From contig CM035355.1 in the NCBI GenBank assembly GCA_020137815.1, positions 7,750,001-7,814,000 on the forward strand: DNA of 64,000 bases. Direction: 5' to 3'. How positions within the stretch are numbered: position 1 is the first letter of the stretch; each line of letters opens with the position of its first letter. Below are positions 42,502-64,000 of the stretch, piece by piece. The notes under the pieces were generated by a model. It ran no database searches and was not told the origin of the DNA. It worked only from the letters and a program-made list of their open reading frames with translations. The DNA is from Hormiphora californensis (Eukaryota; Animalia; Ctenophora). Made by a program: the position numbers and the translations under genes.

Positions 42502-44003
42502 CCTTGGTATCCAGCATGGTGTGTATCTGCTTTACAGTTTGCACATTTGTGGGTGCTACGATCGTTCTTTGTTTCGCAGTCATTTGTGAGATGATTACCA
42601 GTACAAAACTTACACACAGGCGAGTTTTCCTTATTGGGGCACTCCGACGCAATGTGGCCAGGTGCCTGACAGTGAAAGCACTGTCTAAAGTACACCCTTC
42701 TTTCGACGCGATATCTTCCCAGTTCGAAATTGACAGCTCCCGTGTACAGCAGTTGGTCCCGGACAGTAGGTGGTACTCGTAAACCAACAGTCGCCAGCTC
42801 TGGGTTTCTATGGTGCCTTTTGAAATATACTATCGAGAACTCAGTATCTCTTAGAATGTCATTTTTCTGTTTGAGCCCTTCATAGACATAGGCTCGTGCC
42901 GCAGGGTTTTCCATCTCACTTGCAACTGGTACATTCATTACGGATACTTTGCTCATTTCCAGTGTCTCAATCGTGGTGTTGGGTTCCATGTTTCCTTTCA
43001 AAAGGGTGTGGGCAGTTTCATGAAGCTCAGGTGTTTTGAATTCCAGCATTACTCTTCCCGCTCGGATTGAAGAACGGTGTACGGGGATCATAGCCAACAA
43101 CTCCTTGGTTTTCTCAGCAGTCTTTTCCGAGTCATCACTCCTTAGGATTAGTTTGTGCTGCGGTGTTGGTTTTTTAGGAACCGGACGCCTCTCCACTGTA
43201 GTCCATCCATCTCCTGTAGTGTTATTAGGTGCGGGATCAATTGCAGTCCGTGCATACGACTTCACGGGATTCTCATGACTGCTATCAGTCTGTGTTTCGC
43301 CAGGATCCTTACTTGTGCTAGCTATATCCAGATCTTTTGGGATGTCCTCATTTGATTCTGCCGTTTCTTGTTGACTCTTCAAGATTCCCAGACTACTCAT
43401 CAGTTCGGCTTTCACTATCGCCACAATCTGTTTGATCAATTCTGTATTTGGTTCAACGCTATTCTTACCACCACATGAGCATCGGTCTTGTTTATGCCCA
43501 ACAGAAGCAGACTGATTCAGAACAGGAGTACGACAGATGTCCTCCTGTAAAATCTCTCCTGGTAGTGGTGTCGGGGTCATTAGGTCAACTAGATTTATCT
43601 CCGAGTTGTTGTCGGAAGGTTCTGGTGAAACTAACGTTTGGGGTACAGGTGGTGTATTATTCGAAACACATACAACTGGTTGCAACACCTCCGGCTTAGT
43701 AACCCGACATTTAGGACACGACCAACTCACGTTTAACGCTTTAAACAGTATACTCGAGATCTGTTTAGTTTCACCAAGAGCTGTTAGGCCCACACAATTA
43801 GGATGATAGCAGTCCTGGCACCTACAACAGAATAACGCTCTTTTACTGTCCTTAACCTTACACTTCATACAACCTGTGGTTATTGCTGTCAGGGTCTTGG
43901 GTTGGTTGATCATAGACTTGGTTGAGTTAACACTTGTGGCGTTTTTCAGCTTGTCTCGATCTCGGTCTTGAACTTCTTGAACTTTTCTGTTTTCACCACT
44001 CAT
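42444..44003 (-). CDS. LINE ORF1 with PHD finger and CCHC zinc knuckles
   Basis: CMKC...CCRC...YH..C...W.CPKC; CFHCQAPGH....C; CKFC..NH....C; CANC...H. Confidence 0.88.
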   Translation of the reverse strand: MSGENRKVQEVQDRDRDKLKNATSVNSTKSMINQPKTLTAITTGCMKCKVKDSKRALFCCRCQDCYHPNCVGLTALGETKQISSILFKALNVSWSCPKCRVTKPEVLQPVVCVSNNTPPVPQTLVSPEPSDNNSEINLVDLMTPTPLPGEILQEDICRTPVLNQSASVGHKQDRCSCGGKNSVEPNTELIKQIVAIVKAELMSSLGILKSQQETAESNEDIPKDLDIASTSKDPGETQTDSSHENPVKSYARTAIDPAPNNTTGDGWTTVERRPVPKKPTPQHKLILRSDDSEKTAEKTKELLAMIPVHRSSIRAGRVMLEFKTPELHETAHTLLKGNMEPNTTIETLEMSKVSVMNVPVASEMENPAARAYVYEGLKQKNDILRDTEFSIVYFKRHHRNPELATVGLRVPPTVRDQLLYTGAVNFELGRYRVERRVYFRQCFHCQAPGHIASECPNKENSPVCKFCTGNHLTNDCETKNDRSTHKCANCKADTHHAGYQGCPSLLSYTEERSKNYRRT

Positions 44004-44597
44004 TCTACGGCACCTTTTAACTCACCACGTATTGCAGATGTTGAAAAGTTTTGATCTGGTAATAACTGGTCTTCCCCTGTTTGTGTGGGATTTTCAACAT
44101 GTGTTTTCAAAACATGCAGTTCTGATTCCGGTCGAACCTTTTCTCGATTTCGCTTTGCAGGACTGTTCGCTTTTAGCAGTGCCCAAGGGGACGGCGCATG
44201 GCATGTTTAAAAGCGGGATATAAATCAATCAATCAATCAAAATGTACATTTAACATCCCGCTTTTTGACCAATAATAGTAAGAGTGATAAACGTCATACA
44301 AAGTTACTCGATGAGCGCCAGAGCACTCCTACCAGCCTTCTAAAGCGGTGAACCCAAAGTGGAAAAGAAAGATGATATGAGTGATATTAATAGCCCAGAT
44401 ATGATGATAATAATTAGATAATAAATTAATGTTTTTGATTAAGTAAGAAATAATTATATGTATGAAAATATATGTTAAATCAATGTAATAAGTTACATAG
44501 AAAAGAGATTAATCACGAAATAAAAGAGTGGAGCGAATCACTGCTCCATAATTCTGAAGCTCAATGCATGCAGCGGACGTATAGATGTACACATAAA

Positions 44598-47519
44598 TTA
44601 ATGGGACAGTCCATCCCAATCACCATACGACTTTTCAAACAGGTGGGTTTTGAGTCTGGATTTGAAAGTTTCCTCGTCTGAACAGTTGCGAATGTCAATG
44701 GGAAGTTGATTCCAGATCCTCGGGCCTGAAACTTGAAATGCACGCTGTGTGGTTTTGTACTTGGTTGAAAAATCCCTTTCCAGAAGGGTCAGATCACCGT
44801 CGTGACGTAGTGATTTTCCTTTCCTCTGACGTTTGTTTATTAGATTTTGAAGATATTGTGGTGCTTGATTGTTTAGACACTTGAAAACCATGAGACAGAT
44901 TTTAAATTCAATTCTAGCATCAACTGGAAGAAAGTGTAATTGCCGCCTGAGGTCTGTAACTCCCCTCCACTGCCACCTTCCAAACACAAAGCGAGTCGCT
45001 GCGTTCTGCACTTTTTGCAATCTGGCAATGTCACATTTATCGGCACCAATTAGTAAGCCGTTACAGTAGTCCAGACGAGAGTGGATGAGCGAATGGACCA
45101 GCTGAACCTTGTGTCTTCTCTGTAGCTTGTTTCCAATTCTACGGAGGTTGACAAGGTTATAGTTACATTCCTTCACAACTTTTGAAACATGTTCTTTCAT
45201 GGTAAGTTTTTCATCAAAGACAACACCCAGATTCTTGGCACTCTGGGAGGGAAAGATGGTCGCCGAGAGGGGTCCTTCCTCATCACACAATGTTAGAGGA
45301 TCTGAATAATCCAGTGGGTTTGGACTATTATCAGTTCGAGAGGAAATGAACATCAACTCAGTTTTTGCCGGGTTTAGTTTCAGGTAACTGGATGCCATCC
45401 ATGCTTTAATTTCCAAGAAACATTTTTTGAGTTGAGACTCACATTCGTTCCAGGCATCGTTTGTGAAGCTGACATATAGCTGAGAATCGTCAGCGTAGAG
45501 GTGAATCTTGGTTTTGTGTCGTGCCGCTATAGCTTCCAAGTCCTTAGTGAACAGAATAAAAAGTAACGGACCGAGGATGGATCCCTGCGGTACACCTATT
45601 TCGATGTTAACAGGAAGTGATTGACTTTTGCCAATTTTGACAACTGCTACCCGGTCTTTCAGATATGACTGGAACCACTCAAGAGCCACCCCTTTGATTC
45701 CATACATCTTGTCCAATCGGCTAATGAGAATGTTGTGAGGGACTGTGTCGAAAGCAGCGGATAGATCCAAGAGGAGAAGAACGGCCTTATTCCGTTTATC
45801 AGTGAGAACTAGCAGATCATTGAATATACGTAGTGTTGCTGTTTCACAGGAGTGCTTCTGTCTGTATGCCGATTGAACTGAGGCAAGAAGTCCATGGCTT
45901 TCCAGATGTTCTGTAATCTGTAGAGCAACGCACTTTTCAATAATCTTTGAGATAAAACTCAGATTAGAAATCGGTCGATAACTTGACATGCTGTTCGAGT
46001 CGAGTCCTTTCCCTTTGTAAACCGGTCGTATCATGGCCTTTTTCAATGTAGAGGGAAACACTCCACTAGTAAGGCTACCGTTGACAATAGCCAATATTAT
46101 CGGCATCAGTTCGTGGATGCATTCTCCGACCAGTTTTGATGGTAGAGGGTCAAGGTCACATTGTTTGTAGTTCATTGATCGAACAATTTTAACTAGCTCC
46201 TCACTAGATAATGCACGAAAGGAATCGAGTTGTGGTGGGCTGGGAGTTTCGGGTCCTCTGGTGACGTCTTCTGTCCGTAGTTTCTTGATGTCCAAATAGA
46301 TTTTGTCCACTTTTTCCTTGAAATACTGAATGAATTTTTGACAGAGATCAACTGGGTCATCATGTTCCGGTAGTGTGCTCGGATTCTTCTCCTTGCCAAG
46401 TAATCCATTCGTAATTCGATATATTACCGATTGGTCATTCCCAGCCTCTTCCAGTTTCCTCCGATAGTAGTCGTCTCTGGTTGAAGTGATGAACCGTGAT
46501 GCCTCTTTCGCCTCCCGTCTGAGATTCCTCAGAGATTCAACCAGTATATGCGAGGGAACATCTCTCTTCAGTAACGCCTTGAAATCACGCTCGGCTTTCC
46601 TGCGTCGCCGTTTTGCCGCCTGACAGTCACTATTAAACCAGGGAGGGCTGGGATTTTCTGGAACAACCTTATTCTCAATCGGGGCAAGTTCGTCCAAAAA
46701 CTCGGACAGAAGGTCATCATAGAGTTTAATGATCTCAACCAGTTCACTAGGGAATTCTTCTGTGTCGCAGAGTGGGGATTTCAGTATGGTGCATCGAAGT
46801 TCATCCACATCCAAATTCTTGATATCCCGTCGTTGAATGGAGATGAAGTCCTTCCGCTGAATTGGAGCCCCGATTGGAAGGTTAAACGAAACCAGTGCGT
46901 GGTCAGGAGCTGCAGGAGTCATCTCTACAGCAAGATTTAATATTGGAAGAGCATCAGGGAGATTCTTCGTGAGAACTAGATCGAGTATTCCACCTGAGAC
47001 ATGAGTGGCGGTGTTTACCGACTGGTGAAAGTAGTGATCATCAAGGAGTCCACAGAAGGATTTGGCAAAACTATCATGTATGTTCTGTACATGTATGTTG
47101 AAATCACCAGTTATGACGACCTCTCCCGACCTTTCAGCCAGACCATGAAGTAGTGTCTCGAACTCCTCCAAGAAAACCGAATGGGATTGGGATGGGGAGC
47201 GGTATACACCAAGTAATCGAAGCGGCATGCAGTTTGAATGAGTCAGCAATAATTCAATACATTCCATTGATGAGAAAGAGTGATTAAACTGAGTGAAATG
47301 AAAGGAGTTTTTCATGAGAATAGCTACACCACCCCCTCTAGAACCACGTGCAACACTAACTAACCTATACCCAAGCTCACTAATTTGACTCTCAATAGCA
47401 CTCTCAATAGCATGTAACCAAGTTTCGGTCAGACAAACAGCATCAATATCATTGTCTATGATAGTCAGTAAAATATCATCTACCTTGTTTCTCAGAGAAA
47501 AACAGTTCAGAGTGGCCAA
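44598..47519 (-). CDS. LINE ORF2, APE endonuclease + RT, uninterrupted (973 aa)
   Basis: [36 protein letters not shown]. Confidence 0.95.
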   Translation of the reverse strand: MATLNCFSLRNKVDDILLTIIDNDIDAVCLTETWLHAIESAIESQISELGYRLVSVARGSRGGGVAILMKNSFHFTQFNHSFSSMECIELLLTHSNCMPLRLLGVYRSPSQSHSVFLEEFETLLHGLAERSGEVVITGDFNIHVQNIHDSFAKSFCGLLDDHYFHQSVNTATHVSGGILDLVLTKNLPDALPILNLAVEMTPAAPDHALVSFNLPIGAPIQRKDFISIQRRDIKNLDVDELRCTILKSPLCDTEEFPSELVEIIKLYDDLLSEFLDELAPIENKVVPENPSPPWFNSDCQAAKRRRRKAERDFKALLKRDVPSHILVESLRNLRREAKEASRFITSTRDDYYRRKLEEAGNDQSVIYRITNGLLGKEKNPSTLPEHDDPVDLCQKFIQYFKEKVDKIYLDIKKLRTEDVTRGPETPSPPQLDSFRALSSEELVKIVRSMNYKQCDLDPLPSKLVGECIHELMPIILAIVNGSLTSGVFPSTLKKAMIRPVYKGKGLDSNSMSSYRPISNLSFISKIIEKCVALQITEHLESHGLLASVQSAYRQKHSCETATLRIFNDLLVLTDKRNKAVLLLLDLSAAFDTVPHNILISRLDKMYGIKGVALEWFQSYLKDRVAVVKIGKSQSLPVNIEIGVPQGSILGPLLFILFTKDLEAIAARHKTKIHLYADDSQLYVSFTNDAWNECESQLKKCFLEIKAWMASSYLKLNPAKTELMFISSRTDNSPNPLDYSDPLTLCDEEGPLSATIFPSQSAKNLGVVFDEKLTMKEHVSKVVKECNYNLVNLRRIGNKLQRRHKVQLVHSLIHSRLDYCNGLLIGADKCDIARLQKVQNAATRFVFGRWQWRGVTDLRRQLHFLPVDARIEFKICLMVFKCLNNQAPQYLQNLINKRQRKGKSLRHDGDLTLLERDFSTKYKTTQRAFQVSGPRIWNQLPIDIRNCSDEETFKSRLKTHLFEKSYGDWDGLSH

Positions 47520-47527
47520 CTTTACCT

Positions 47528-48772
47528 CTACTCGTTTTTTGACCTTGTAGCTTCATATATAGCTTTGTATGCCGGACACTCAGTGCTGTTTGCCCGGTGG
47601 GAGACATCGTCCTTTGACTTTCCATTCAGGGAACAGTTTACACATGAAGGAATAAAGTCTGTGTTCGATTTTTCTGGACAGTCCTTTGATTCGTGGTTTT
47701 TTGAGCAGTGTGCACACACTGAGTCTCGATCACAGCCTGCTGCTGAGTGATGGAAGCCTTGACAATTGTAGCACTGTAACACGTGTACTCTGTCGACAAC
47801 GTTACACGCAGTGTATCCAACGAAGACTACCCTCTGGCGAAGGAGTTGTCTCTTTGTTTGAGTGGGTAGGCGGAGACCGATGGTAGCGAGTTCAGGATTC
47901 CGATAGTTTTTTCTGTAAGACACAACATCCACAGCAATGCCCTGTAGTTCTGGATTCTTCTCCTGTAGGACTTCTATGATGATTTCACTTCGTTTTCGTC
48001 TATCGTCTTCTTGATTAATAGAATCAGAGATGGGAAAATTTAGGACCGTGAGTTTGCTTGTTGGATCTGATCTCACTCTTACTGTCTTGGTACGTAGACC
48101 TGTGCTAAGGGCGTCAGCTGCTTTCTGACCCTCACTCTCTGGTACGGTCACGATGACCAAGTTTTTCTTTTTGTCCATTCTTGACACTTTCGTCTTGGAG
48201 AGAGCATTTTCACTTAACTTCTGGACCTCGTCGATATCAATCTCTTCACAGTCAATGTAGATTTTTCGCCACGGAAGTGCTGGTTTGGGAATATCACTGA
48301 AAGACGGTTTAGGTGGTAGGGTAGGAGTGCGGACTGGCGTAAGGGTTGCAGCAGCAGCAGCAGTAGCATGAGCATATGGCGCTGCCTGGTTCAGAGGTTT
48401 CATCGCAGCAGTAATTCTGTCGGTTACTGCAGATAGTATATCTTCCTTGAATTTTTCTAGGTGATTGTTCATGTCTTCTATAACATTGAGATTATCGAGA
48501 GGGTCATTTTCATTGGACGAAGGAGTTTGGCGAGTGTTGAGAGCTAGAGCATCAGTAAGTGCACATACCGCCTGGTATGACTGTTTTAGCAGTGCCCACA
48601 ATGATTTTCGGTCTGGGTTTCTCGGAGGAAGTTCAGAATCCTCGTCCAACAGGTGAAGAAGGTTCTCGTTGATCAGCGCTTGTTGGAGTTGGTGTGTGGG
48701 ATCAGGGACATGGGAGGAAGAAGCGGCTACCCCATCCATTAGCGTCGGACTGCCCATGAGGGGCGGTTCCAT
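47528..48772 (-). CDS. LINE ORF1 with CCHC zinc knuckles
   Basis: CYNCQGFHH....C, CAHC..NH....C, CVNC...H; shares RNPELAT.GLR.P with the neighbouring ORF1. Confidence 0.88.
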   Translation of the reverse strand: MEPPLMGSPTLMDGVAASSSHVPDPTHQLQQALINENLLHLLDEDSELPPRNPDRKSLWALLKQSYQAVCALTDALALNTRQTPSSNENDPLDNLNVIEDMNNHLEKFKEDILSAVTDRITAAMKPLNQAAPYAHATAAAAATLTPVRTPTLPPKPSFSDIPKPALPWRKIYIDCEEIDIDEVQKLSENALSKTKVSRMDKKKNLVIVTVPESEGQKAADALSTGLRTKTVRVRSDPTSKLTVLNFPISDSINQEDDRRKRSEIIIEVLQEKNPELQGIAVDVVSYRKNYRNPELATIGLRLPTQTKRQLLRQRVVFVGYTACNVVDRVHVLQCYNCQGFHHSAAGCDRDSVCAHCSKNHESKDCPEKSNTDFIPSCVNCSLNGKSKDDVSHRANSTECPAYKAIYEATRSKNE

Positions 48773-49118
48773 AAACCTAGGGCAAGATCTCAAATTAATT
48801 TGTCAAAATGTCATATTGATTTGGTTTGGACCTGGGCCACTGGACCAGGGCGAGTCTCGGTCAGAGGTTGTGAAACCCCCCGCAGGCAGGGTCGGGTGAC
48901 CAAGCAGGCATGGTTCACGGGCTGCAAGCCCGGTAACCGGTTGGGGTTTGAGTGGGCCAGAAAAGAGAAAAATTTGCAAAAAAATAAGTTTCTTCCACCC
49001 GCCGTGACAAAAAAAAACATTTTTAGCTCGATTTTGAGCCGCGGCGTCGCGAAAATGAATACTGTTGGCGCGCTACGTTTTCAGGCTGTGCCGAGCAGCG
49101 GAAATTACGCTTGCTTTG

Positions 49119-49243
49119 GTTAAAGTGCGTTTCAAACGACTTGACCTGAGATTCCTGGAAATTCAGGATTTCCCCTTTGTAAATACACGCGCAATGCGCC
49201 AAATTCCAAGAATTACGGGTCAAGTCGCTTGAAACGGACTTTA
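49119..49243. mobile_element. Short palindromic MITE, copy B only
   Basis: TAAAGT.CGTTTCAA.CGACTTGACC inverted ends; absent at ~26498. Confidence 0.6.
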
Positions 49244-49506
49244 GGTGTAATGAACTGAGCTGCACTTTTTTAGCGCTGGCACAGATTTTTTAAATCGCGC
49301 CCCTCGAAAAGCCAAAAGGCAAAATCGTTGGCGGATGGGGTATGCTAGTAACCCCGGGGGCAGATGATCAAACCCGATGTGTATGAGACTCATTGCGATT
49401 AACGCTACATACGGTTACCCCTGTCTCTATATCTACTCATAATAATATCGATATTATTATTATTATTATATCTACTCTCTTTTCGGCGGCTTCTCTTGGC
49501 TGAAAA

Positions 49507-51028
49507 ACCAGCAAATAGTTCCGATATTCAAGAAGGGGGACAGGACTAAGGCAGCAAATTACCGACCAGTGTCCTTGACCTCCAACATGATTAAAACATT
49601 CGAAAGAGTCATGAGAAACCGAATTGTTACATTCTTCGAGGAAAACAACGTGTTCCCAGAATCTCAACACGGGTTCCGGAAAAATCGTAGTTGCCTGACC
49701 CAACTAATCGAACACGTTGACACCATACTCAAACAACTCCGAGATGGTAATGAAGTGGATGTTATATATATTGACTACGCAAAAGCGTTTGATAAGGTCG
49801 ATATAAACATCCTCATATCCAAACTTGAACGTTATGGACTCCGTGGAAAAGTCCTGAACTGGATCCGGTGCTTCTTAACGGACAGATACCAAACCGTAGT
49901 AGTGGATGGAAAACAGTCCTCACGGGAAAGAGTACGGAGCGGGGTCCCCCAGGGAACTGTGCTTGGCCCACCCCTCTTCATAGTCTACGTTGCAGATTTG
50001 GTCTCAGCAGTACAGTTTTCCCTTCCAAAAACCCTGGCAGATGACACCAAACTCATCAAAGCGATAGAAAATGAGGAGTCTCAAGCCCAACTCCAGAAGG
50101 ATCTGAATGAAGTAGGAAGATGGTCAAAAACAAACAATATGAGCTTGAACGAAGAAAAATTCGAAGTTTTGCACTACACGCTTAACAAAACTCTCTTGCT
50201 CAGACAGCTCCCCTTCACCTCGGGTCTGGACACCTACTACACCCCCGATGGATCTGAGATTGAACCAAAACCATATGTACGGGACCTCGGGGTTCAATTA
50301 GCAAATGATCTATCCTGGGACCTTCACATCGGAAAGATGACTGCAGACGCCCGAAGGATGAGTGGATGGGTTCTACGTGCTTTCAAAACAAGACAGCCGA
50401 AGACAATGCTCATCCTCTACAAAAGCCTTGTGCGAAGCAAGCTGGAATATTGCTGCCCGCTCTGGGATTCACCTAAGATCTCGGACATCATGAGCGTTGA
50501 AGCAATACAGAGGAAGTTTACCAAACGTATCCTTGGGATGAGCGACCTGAGCTATTGGGATCGCCTGAAAAAGTTGAACTTACAGTCTATGCAGCGACGT
50601 CGAGAACGCTACTCCATTATTATGATGTGGAAGATGTCAGTCGGCAACGCACCCAACAACATTGGAGTGAAGTTCTACAACAATGCTCGACTTGGAAAGA
50701 AAGTTGAGGTTCCAACGTCCCCCACCACCACACAAGTCTCTGTTGCAACGAAGTACCATAACTCGTTCGCCTGCAGAGCGGCCCGACTTTGGAACACCCT
50801 ACCATGTAACGTGAATACGGCGGAAGACCTAGCCTCATTCAAAGTCCTTCTTGGTAAATGGCTGAAGAGATTCCCAGACCGACCCCCGGTGACTGGATAC
50901 ACTCGACAGAACAACAATTCGATAATTGACTAGGAACGAATAGCTTCCAGGGAGGGGGAGGCTCTGTGAGGAGCTGACACCTGTGCAGTATTTGCACAAA
51001 GAGGACTACAAGACTACAAGACTACAAG
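49507..51028 (+). mobile_element. 5'-truncated CR1-clade LINE (RT ORF 49569-50933), (ACTACAAG)3 tail
   Basis: NYRPVSLTS, DYAKAFDKVD, GVPQGTVLGP, LADDTK; empty site at ~27128. Confidence 0.92.
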
Positions 51029-51790
51029 AAAAGTTTCGCGGGACGCCAATCGGTGTTGGGGTACTATTTTGTTGGGGTCTGTTATCTGTAGCACATACCA
51101 AGTCAGGCACAACGATTTAAAAGCCCGTTGCCTTATCCCATTCGTCAGAGAGGTCTGTAACATATGCCAAGCCACTCCAGGTAACGTTCGCCTGCTGAGT
51201 CGGGTTATAGCGTCTTTTGCCCGAAAATAGAACCATATTTCAACTTCTAAGGGCGATGAAAACGAGCTGTTTCTCTCCATTTTAGTAAGGCATTAGTAAG
51301 GCATAAAGGAACAGCCCCGAGCCCTAAGCCACTCCGTACCGAGGTACTAAACTTACAATAAGGGAGGCCAGCCCTACGTGCGAAAGTTAGTTAGTTGATA
51401 TAATCGCTCAAAATCATCGCCTATAAATTGAAATTTGCTCTTAGTACATGAGTATCTTCCTCTACTATATGATTTATTTGTTTATATGACTTATTTGTAT
51501 ATGTCTGTAGTGTGAGAGCGGGACGAGTCACTTATATGACTCTAATATGAATATTGAAGTTCATTTTCATACTACCTAGGAAGGGATGAGGACACGTCCT
51601 GGGTGTGGCAGTCCGCAGGTCCTGAGTGTCTGAAATACCCTTCCACACACAGGACGTGTCCTCGCCCCTTCCTTTCCACCCCGTCTGCCTTTACCACAAT
51701 TTCAACACATGTCGAACCTTTTAAGCTTGTAGCTTGTAAGCTACCTAATTTATTGTAACTAATACGTGTTAACTCCCTGTAGTAGCGGCC

Positions 51791-62893
<11,103 letters not shown>

Positions 62894-63779
62894 ACACGCT
62901 GTTACCATGCCGCGTTACCATGGAGATACCGCGTTACCATAGTGATAACACGACCAGGGAGAAAAAGACGATATTATTCCACGTATTGAGTGTGTTTGGT
63001 TGTTATTGCTAGATATCAAATAATAATAATAGATACAAGGAGCCGGGTGCTATTTTTTGAGATGCAATGAATTTATTCATTGTTTTTCAACAACTAAATA
63101 TGTTTAATACAACGATTTGATAGCTGCACTTATTTATAATATGAGATTTATATGCTGTGAGTGTACTGCGTTATTTTGTGTATCAAACAACAAAGTGATA
63201 CAGAGAGTGATATTTTGAAAAAAGGCGGTCATCTAGGTTTTGATTTATTGGAGCATGAGCTAAAATTGTTGTTTCCAATAAAATGCTAATAATATGAGAT
63301 TGATGCAGTGCGGGTTGTTTAGTGTAATTTCTGTAGTTCATTTCCCTTTAGACCGAGTTTAATCCGCTGTGTTTCATACTTTGTCCCCCCAAACAGAACC
63401 TTCTTATAACGTGCGCTGGATATTGGAATCTAGTGAGTAAAGGGGGCTAGATCAGATAGCATCAAGCCCCTCTTGCAAGATCTTGACTCGCTCAGACCCT
63501 ACCTCTTACGGGGTAAAAGCAGGGTGATGGGTACCGCGAACAGTCCAAATTCAGCCGTTATATCGAGGTTTTGTTTGCCCCGAAATGTCACTGACCATGA
63601 TATTGTATGTCAGCTGCAGGTTGGCTGTCTAGTGTCTACCTATAACTATTTCTGACTTCTGTGACTGTCTGTTTTTAGTGTTTAGCATGTCTGTATCCAT
63701 GCAGACAATGTCAGTTTCTGTCTGTCTGCCCGTTAATGTTTTTCTAATTTTGTCTGTCTGTACCTAAATGTCTGCAGAC

Positions 63780-63860
63780 GTCTGGCAGCGCCGACCCGAT
63801 CCGAGTGCACTATCGCGATTCGCACTACTCGAACTAAGAATCAGAACGGGTCGGGTAGTG
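63780..63860. mobile_element. Short repeat related to 15648-15709 (GTCTGGC.GCGCCGACCCGATC end)
   Basis: Shared terminal motif in opposite orientation. Confidence 0.45.
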
Positions 63861-64000
63861 CATTGGTCACATTGATAGCTGGATCGATCTCACAGAGCGA
63901 GAATAGGTTGCAATGGATCCAAGGTAGTACAGTGGTTGACATGTTCCCAGGCCCAGTCTGTCGGCTCTCACGCCGGGCCGAAAAGCCCTGTAGCTGTGTG

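Larger units (their letters stand above)
37915..44056 (-). mobile_element. Near-full-length L2/Crack-type LINE with poly(A) tail, disrupted
   Basis: ORF1 44003-42444; ORF2 from 42501, broken by a TTAA element and a frameshift near 39960; RT part 39919-38156. Confidence 0.9.
44224..48806 (-). mobile_element. L2/Crack-type LINE with two intact ORFs and (TTGA)n tail
   Basis: Tail at 44224-44240; host sequence resumes at ~48807 and matches copy A ~25625. Confidence 0.92.

Overview
Eukaryotic, intron-rich animal DNA, most likely from a ctenophore (inferred from recalled Pleurobrachia-type MITE families, nested genes and acceptor-like AG sites just before start codons; not proven). Minus strand: 5' part of syntaxin-8, a C2H2 zinc-finger gene, a 13-exon SMPD4 gene with four nested same-strand ORFs (an orphan, a LINE-ORF1-only element, ELP6 and a RING gene), then HDDC3/MESH1 and a mARC/MOSC gene. 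Plus strand: a TSR-repeat gene nested antisense in STX8, and an iRhom-family gene transcribed divergently from the MOSC gene. The block ~16.2-28.9 kb recurs at ~28.9-53 kb, probably as an uncollapsed second haplotype. This exposes filled and empty sites for many transposons (Helitron, Helentron-type, CR1 and L2 LINEs, Kolobok-like, MITEs). Top observations: (1) an iRhom-architecture protein that keeps the catalytic GASG serine and TM6 histidine, whereas canonical iRhoms have GPx; (2) a Helentron-type element carrying 5-6 RFX X-box motifs at 21-bp spacing, one copy of which also encloses a RING gene; (3) recurrent minisatellites built from duplicated splice sites; (4) a 3.9-kb foldback made of hairpin repeats in an STX8 intron. 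All gene models and homologies were read by eye, with no searches run.
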